A program made the translations under genes and the position numbers. From NCBI RefSeq assembly GCF_009914755.1, contig NC_060936.1: a DNA stretch of 64,000 nucleotides; one strand, written 5' to 3'. Shown here piece after piece: positions 56,436-64,000 of the stretch. Position 1 is the stretch's first letter. Every line of letters begins with the position of its first letter. The notes under the pieces are model-generated. The model was not told the DNA's origin, did no database searches, and saw only the letters and a program-made list of their open reading frames with translations. This DNA is from the human T2T-CHM13v2.0 reference genome, Homo sapiens.

Positions 56436-59400
56436 CAAAAATATCACAGGTCAGAAATAGCATACAAAAATAATTAAATATGTATTTATTATCTATGAAA
56501 ATGCCAAATGCGCCTATAGTTTCCATTATGCTTTCTTTTATTACTGAGTCCTCATTTCTCCTCTTCAACCATATGTCTAACTTGATTCCTACCACATTAG
56601 GGCATCTGTAACTTTTTATTACTTCAGTAAACCAAAGCATCATTTACTTGTAGGTAAAGATATCTTACAAATATTGCAGTCTCTGCTAGTTCCCCAACTA
56701 CTAAATTTTCCCTACAAATTACCCTCAGTATCCAGGCACCCACTCAGCTGATCAGCTCAAGTTCTCTGATTTTGTCTCTTATTTACCCTGTGAGTATCAA
56801 CACATCAAGGCATCCTAGGCAGAAACTTGTCTCAGTTGATTTAGAATCTTCTTTTTATCTGCTCTTCGGTGATAAGATACTGGTTTTTCTGGTAGCTACC
56901 AACAGGTCAGTTAACCAGTCAGTGGCTTTTGCTGAATGCCCACTGAAAGCAAACACAGTGGGCATTATGGGGGCCTTGGGGGTGGAGCCCAAGTCAGAGA
57001 ACCTACTCTTGAAGTATCCACAGTCAAGTGGTTGCCCCATATCCCATGTGGTTTCCTGAGGATTCTCATGAGGGAGTGAGTTTATGCATTAACAGCCAGG
57101 CTCATCCGGCTGTGGTAACTGATTGTGGTCTTGTGATTTAATTGATCTTTGCAAAGAGGAAGATGACTTCCAGGATAAAACACAGACTAAAATTTGGATA
57201 CTTATCTCTTAAAGAAGCTTTGATCTTAATTGCCCTTGGAAGCAGGTGAGAATCAGCTATGTTACGCTAAAACTGTAAATTCTGAGTATTGCTGGAGAGT
57301 ACTGTCAACATGTTTTGTCATTATTAAACAAACTGGTTTTCATGAGTAAATACTTTGTTTTCCTGTGTGTTCCATGGCTCATGTGTCTGGGTCTTTTCAT
57401 ATTTACTGCCACAGAGTAATAGCCCAATAAAAACTTGCAGGTATTTATTATCTTCTAGAACAGAGGTGAATGCTTAAAACCATAAAGATAACATTTTATA
57501 TGAATTTTGATGTATTTCCAGAAAATAATGACAATACATTTTGGTGTAAGTTCTTCTGGGTAAACTTTTTCTCTAAGTGCAAATATCTGTGACACTTTCC
57601 TGTATCTCTTCTCTCAGGAAAAGCACACCAATAATTTTAGTTCCTCAACTCATAAATTGATAATTACAAAGATGTACACAAAAGGCACATTTAATACAGT
57701 CAAATTGTTTTAATAAGGCATAATTGTGGTGTAAAATGTTTCAAAGTTTGCATTATCGCTGTTGGCACAATTAACAAATATTAATGACTAAAGTGTCTTA
57801 GCAACTGTGCTCATGATCCTAAAAGAGATCTGATCAGAGAATTAATGAGAAGTGAATATTCTTTGAATTGGGATGTGGAAGTAAGTGGGAAATGGGCTTG
57901 AGAGAAAGAAATCTTAAAGCAGAAAAATCACGAAATTACTTTAATTTTTTTGTATATGTGAGCATGCAAAACATACATTTGAGCATAATTCAAAAGGCAC
58001 CAAAATTATGTTCCCTCATTCATGTCCCCAAGCCAACCAGTTCCTTTTGAGGATGCAATCCCTGTTAACTTTTGTCTGGCAAATCTTCCCAATAAATTGA
58101 ATTCAATGATATTATTTTTTAAAGTACTGCTTTTGGCTACAGAGCAAATGTTTACTTTGAGAAATGGGAAATTGATTTTCAGCACTAGAAGATGTGTTTG
58201 AAAACATTTAAGCAAAGAAAATTATGAAATTGTTATATCCTAGTCCTAGAAGACACTTTGAACTGTAATCTGGTATATCACTGTGTACAGGCAGTGCTAT
58301 TTTTGGATGTTCTCTCTCACTGTATCTGTCCATTACACACCCTACAGTCTAGGACCAGACATACGACATGCTTTCTAATCTACGTTTATTCATTAAATGT
58401 TTAATTTTGAATATATAATATCTCGATACATTAAGCATGCCCCAAAATGCATATTAAGCAATGATTTATTAATAGATCTGCAAATGGTCAAATAATTTTG
58501 AAATAATTTATCAACTTTTATTACTCCTATAATTTAAAACATACATAAGGCTTTTAAACATTAAAATGTGTCATAAAACAGAACTATTCTTGAAATTAAA
58601 TCAAAGGCATACGCATACATAGTTCTAGTTATGGTGCTACCTTCTTTGAGTTCTTTCAACCCTCATCTCCCCATATTTTAGAAACATTATGCTTAATACT
58701 GTGCCAGGCACTCTAATCAGAAGCGTTCATTAATTCTGAACTTGACTATATCAACACCAGATTGCATATAAGGCTAAAAAAGTCTTGTTTACTTGTGATA
58801 AATATGGCCCACTGGAAACAATAGATAACATTCTATGGTGCCTAAGCCTAGTCTTCTACACATTAGTAAACGTCCATCTTCACAAATGGATGACACACAC
58901 ACATACACACTCATGAATACAAAAATACACTTATTGTACTGCACGAAGTGTATTTACATTTCTACGTGTATCAAGGCCACTTGAAATCACTTCTTTGAAT
59001 CTGTGAGTTGAATACTACGTATTCCTTCTTCCTTACATAATTTTTGGGAAGAGCACAAAAACTAATAATACTCAAGAGCAATTTGAAAATTTAAACTAAA
59101 CTACATAAACGGTGTTACAATGATACGGTATTCATACAGTCATAGATAGAGTAAGAGTTGCCACAATGGGAAGGGCCTGAGGAATTGCCTACTCCCGCTT
59201 CCTCCTACAAATTAGAAAGCTGGGCCCCAGCAAGGGTAAAATAATGCACTGTAGGTCACAGACCTAGTCAACAACAGCAAGGACTTGTCTCCTATCTCGC
59301 TGTGTTCTTTGCTGGCTCTTCAGCCTCACCTAATGCCAAAGTACTGGAGAGGGTGCCTGAAGGTGGTTCAGGACTCCCTGCTCTTCTCACCTATTCATGC

Positions 59401-61336
59401 TCTCTAGGTGATTTTCTCCACTCCAATGCCTTCAATACCTCTCTGGCTCCATCTCAAGCCATTTTCCCCACTGTTCATGACACTGCAACAGCACTTGCTA
59501 TCTTTCCCACCTTGGACTCTTGGGAAAGGTTGTTTCTCTGCTTAGGGTGAAACGAAGAGAAGACTCAGCTCACACGCCACTTCTCTTGAGAAGCTCCCGT
59601 GTGTCTGAATTCCCCCACGGTAGCAAACACATCTCTAGGATATAAATCCACTATAGAATTGTTCAACGCACCATTCCCAGAGCCAGCTCAAGGCCCATAT
59701 GTCATGGGTGCTCAATGAGCAGGTGTTGCATTGACTGGAACTAAAAGAACTACATTTGTACTTTTTCCACTTTTCTGTTGTTTGTTCACGTTGAAAAGAA
59801 AAACTGCAATACAGAGGAAAAACTATGCTGAGGGTACCTGCATGAAGGAAAGGTGGGTATAGAAGGATCTAGACTCTCCTGCAGGCTTCACCAAGTGAGA
59901 AAAAAAAATGTCTTTCAAGGAGACCAACTCTGAGAGGGAACTTAGCCCCCACAAGTACATGGCTTCTCTTGAAACTCTCTCAAATAAAGTTTTTACTCTT
60001 CCCTCTCCCACTTAGCTCAGGGCTCAGAGGTGACTTAGCATCTTCTTGGCTACCTTTTTTCCACTCCTAGACTGTTACTCGTTTATACTTAAAAATAAAC
60101 AGGAATACAAAATCTCGCTCAGCTTTCTGTCCTTGATGTTGCTGCAGTCTTCACCCTTCCTGGCCACAGAGTCTGCTGGCACTTGGTTCACAGTCATTTC
60201 CACCTCAGTGAGGCTTCAGGGTCCACCTGAAAGGTCCCTCAGAGTCTATCCTCAAGGCTCCTTTATTTGCTCCATAACAAATGTTTTCTTTTTCTACAAC
60301 ATGTCCACTCATCCCCGAGATACCCTGAGCTCTGAAATCTTGCCCTCCAGAAAGCCATTCTTTGACTTTAGCTTCTTCTTATTCCACGTCTCCTTCATTC
60401 ATAGCCAGGAGCCACAACTTACCTCACCCCTGCTCTGAATGACCCCATCATCTGACCCCATCCTTTCTCCTTCACTCATCTCAGAGCGCTCTTCCTGCCC
60501 AGCCCTGATTTCAAGGTGTGTTACTTTACACCCTCTCTAGCCAGAGCCCTCCAAGTTGTCACTCTTTGTCCTTCTTCCCTCTCACCCAGATAATCCCAAA
60601 CCTGTCCTTATCCAATCACTTGCTGTCTCTCCTTCTATACGTGGCTGGTAAGCATGTCTGGGCAGAATCACCCAGCAGTGCAGGCTGCTGCCCCTACAAT
60701 TTGGCAGTCTCTGTCCCTGGCTGAATATGTCTCAGCAATTCCTTTTCATGCTCCCGCAGGGGCCTCCTGTTTTTCCTGGAACTGACGTGCACATCACCAC
60801 TCTGCTCAGTCCCTTTACCAAGCGTCCCCTCGTTTGAAATTTACCCCTGCTCCTTTGTTGCCGTTTTCCCACTCACTCAAAGATTTAATCCGTCTTCAGA
60901 TCCCACTTGCTACTTACACATGATTTGATCAAAAACTAAGAAGAATAAGGTATAGAATAAAATGAATCCATTAAAGCATTTATTCATAGAGAGTGGTCCT
61001 TAAGGAAAAGAACAATTTAAAAAGCCAAAATCACCTGACTGTACAATCTAAAATGAGATGTGAGATTTTCCACTTTCCCCTGCTCCCTTTATTCACAGCA
61101 GAGTGGGTATCTCTGTTCCGCCTGAGCCTTCTTGGCTTTGTCCTTTCTCGGGGCATGTTCCCTCGCTCCCCTTACCCCTCTCCTAAACTCGCTTGTCTAT
61201 GAGCTGGAAGTGAAGCTAAGGAGCGTGCTACAACTGATTCATCACAAGTGACTAGTTTTGAAAAGCCCCAGGGCTTATGGGAGGGGTGGGGAAAAGGAGA
61301 GAAGGCAGAGGCCGCGCTGTGGGTGCTCTCTCTTAC

Positions 61337-61446
61337 CGCATGACAAAATTTGCTTCATCTATTTGACGGCCACAGCCACTCTTCTTCAGAATCCCACCAT
61401 TTCCCACCACCGCGCATTTCTTCAATGGCAGCTGGAATGGGGTTGC
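61337..61446 (-). CDS. ST8SIA1: ST8SIA1 internal coding exon (third-from-last, exon 3), 110 bp, N-terminal half of sialylmotif L
   Basis: Minus strand reads ttttctgttgctag|GCA ACC CCA ... ATG CG|gtaaga. Translation [36 protein letters not shown](R) contains the CAVVGNGG sialylmotif L start. It ends in phase 2, matching the next exon. Confidence 0.97.
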
Positions 61447-63029
61447 CTAGCAACAGAAAACAAGGCGGGTTTTCACTGCAAAGAACACACAACCGCTCAC
61501 AAAATCATTGTTTACAGCAGACCCTTTGGAGGAATTTGACTGAAGACTGAGTCCAGCAAAAAAGAGCATGTGAAAAGAAAGATGCCAAGAAGTTTGTAAG
61601 GAACAAACTAGTCTGTTGCCTTGAAATTTAAAAAGCAAAATTTTTAAAAAGCCTCCCTGAAGTGCATTTAAATATAACAACATTTATTTTTTTCCTCTCC
61701 AATTGGCCATGCACATAGTAGAAGGTGTTTGCTAGGGAAAATTAAAAAAAAAAATACAAAGTAAACACAGGATTATTTTTAAAGCCATTAAGCTGGAAAC
61801 AAATGAGCTCCATTCTCCTATGTGATTGCAATCTCATTCATTCATACAATCAGCCATTCACTTGATAAATGTTTCTGAACATTTCCTTTGCTAACTGTTG
61901 GGGAGAGATACATGTGGACAGAAGTCACAGGCCTGAGGGTTCACAATTTGGGATGTGAGGAGAGAAAGGGATGATGAGAGTGTGAAAACATATACCTAGG
62001 TAACAAACTCTATTATAATGCTGAAGTTGCTGCCAAAGAGATGCACACTGAATGCTATGGGGCAATCCACAAGGAGGAAGAAGGCATTTCTGCTGAGCCA
62101 ACTCGGGGAAAGCTTTCTCACTTGGGATGAACCTTAAAGAATACGTATGATTCCTCCAGGCACAGAAAGCAGCGTAAACAACGACACAGAAGTATTTGCT
62201 GAGAGTGATGCTGTGTTTATGAGCAAATGAACACTCTGGGTGGGTCTGTCTAGAGCTTAGGACCCACTAAGGGGCAAGTGACTTGTGTAGAACCACACAG
62301 CATGTGACTTTCTTTCTGCCAACACTGAACTGGACTGTAAAGAAAATGTTCAGTGTATCTGAGTGTTCCCTGAAGTGCTATTTATAGTATGAATATGAAA
62401 ACCCAGCAATAGCCCCTGAAAGTGAAATGCGTCATTCGGCCACTTCTAGCTGGGTCAGCAAGAACTGCCAGGTACAGAATTTCCTGCTTGCTGAAACGAC
62501 GCAGAGCAGCTGGAGTTCTTTAGGGAAAGACCTTTCATATACACAACTGGCATCAAAAATAACCACCCTACATGAATCTCAAGCAAATAATATGGGTTAT
62601 TCCAAAAGAACAAATCCAATAAGTATATGAATATACACTGTAAGGGCCTCATATAGGCAGGAAGTAGTTAAACCAGAAATAAAATTCCAGGAGTTTCTGT
62701 ATTCATTGGTAACTGAGGTGGCCACTTAATGCAGCATAAGAAGAGGATTTTATTCCTTTGATTTCTAGTTGTCAAAGGAACAGCCAGAGCTATGGAAATA
62801 TTGTTGATAAAAATACAGTACTTAAAGTGTAATGTCTAAGCATTTGCCAGCAGAGAGTTAAGAATTTCCTGCATTACTACACCAGAGACCAGCCCAACAA
62901 ACATCAGAACAGATCCAGAGAGAAGAGACGGGCAAGAAACAGAGGGCTTGGAATCAACACTAGAAAAACATCAGTTAGAGCTATAATTTGTCAGATGAAG
63001 ATTTAAATACTTACATTCAAAGTAGCTGT

Positions 63030-63990
63030 TTGTTTATTCCACAAGTATTTACAAAGTGCCTACTATGCGTCAGGCACTGCCCTGGGTGACAAGGACATAA
63101 GTAAAAATTTCTGTTCCCAGAGGTTATATTCTAGTGTGGAAAACAGATGATAAGTAAAGATAAATGAGTAAAATGAGCAGTGGGTCAGATGGTGACACGA
63201 GCTTTGGAAAGAAAGAAAGCATTGCCATGAAAGGATTAGGAGATGCTTTCAGAGAGGAACTGCAATTATTATTATTATTATTTTCTTTTGAGACAGTCTC
63301 CCTTAGTCACCCAGGCTGGAGTACAGTGGCATGATCTCGGCTCACTGCAACTCCCACCTCCGGGATTCAAGCGATTCTCCTGACTCAGCCTCTTCAGTAG
63401 CTAGGATTACAGGTACACGTTACCATGCCCAGCTAATTTTTTTTTTTTTTTTTTTTTTTTAGTAGAGATAGGGTTTCACCATGTTGGCTAGGCTAATCTC
63501 AAACTCCTGACTTCAGGTGATCAGCTTACCTCTTCCTCCCAAAGTGCTGGGATTACAGGAGCGAGCCACCGCACCTGGCCCCAGGAACTGCAATTTTAAT
63601 AGGTTGATCAGGGAGGAGTTCAATTTGTGAGCAAATTCCTGCAGGAGATGAGGTAGTGAGCCTCACAGATCTCTGCGGGAACCCCTGGTGCAGAGACCCT
63701 AAGGAGAAAACATTCCTGGGATGGGAAAGGGGGAGCAAAGAGCCTGTTGTGTCTGGAGATGAAGAAGCGAGGCAGAAGAGGGAGGGAGAAGTAGGAAGGA
63801 TATCAGAGAGTAGACTATTAGGGAGGTTGGGAAATACATTCTGCAGGGCCTTATAGGGTATTGTAAAGACATAGGTTTTTATTCTAAGATGAGAATCAAG
63901 TCAATGTTGGGTGTGCAAAGGAGTGACATTATGACATATTTTGGAGCAATCACTATACTGCTATGAGAACAGGCTGTAGAATGTCATGGG
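63030..63990 (-). mobile_element. L2 fragment split by an Alu
   Basis: Antisense L2 3' end aagtatttac...gcctactatgcgtcaggcactg, continuing after the Alu. Confidence 0.7.
63268..63580 (-). mobile_element. AluS with an expanded middle A-rich tract
   Basis: Antisense dimer with TSD aggaactgcaatt at 63255-63267 and 63583-63595. Confidence 0.92.
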
Positions 63991-64000
63991 CAGAAAGAGA

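Overview
Primate (very likely human) genomic DNA covering the 3' half of ST8SIA1 (GD3 synthase, alpha-2,8-sialyltransferase 1) on the minus strand. Three coding exons splice together in frame with canonical GT-AG sites: 61337-61446, 55068-55160 and 7585-8071 (stop TAG). Together they encode sialylmotifs L, S, III and VS. Positions 1-7584 are the 3' UTR/downstream region. The ~47 kb last intron is dominated by Alu, L1, L2, MIR, LTR and DNA-transposon fossils, and nearly all other ORFs in the track are Alu-derived or spurious. I see no new multi-gene system. The most unusual local structures are: (i) a U1 snRNA retrocopy in sense orientation in the distal 3' UTR that retains the Sm site and the AUUGCAC loop; (ii) a 111-bp locally templated insertion in the 3' UTR, flanked by a duplicated palindrome; (iii) a short interstitial telomeric array replacing part of an Alu, ending in telomerase register; (iv) a ~2.5-mer tandem Alu sharing private variants under one TSD; (v) inverted Alus only 49 bp apart. 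Repeat subfamily names are from recalled consensus sequences and need RepeatMasker/Dfam confirmation.
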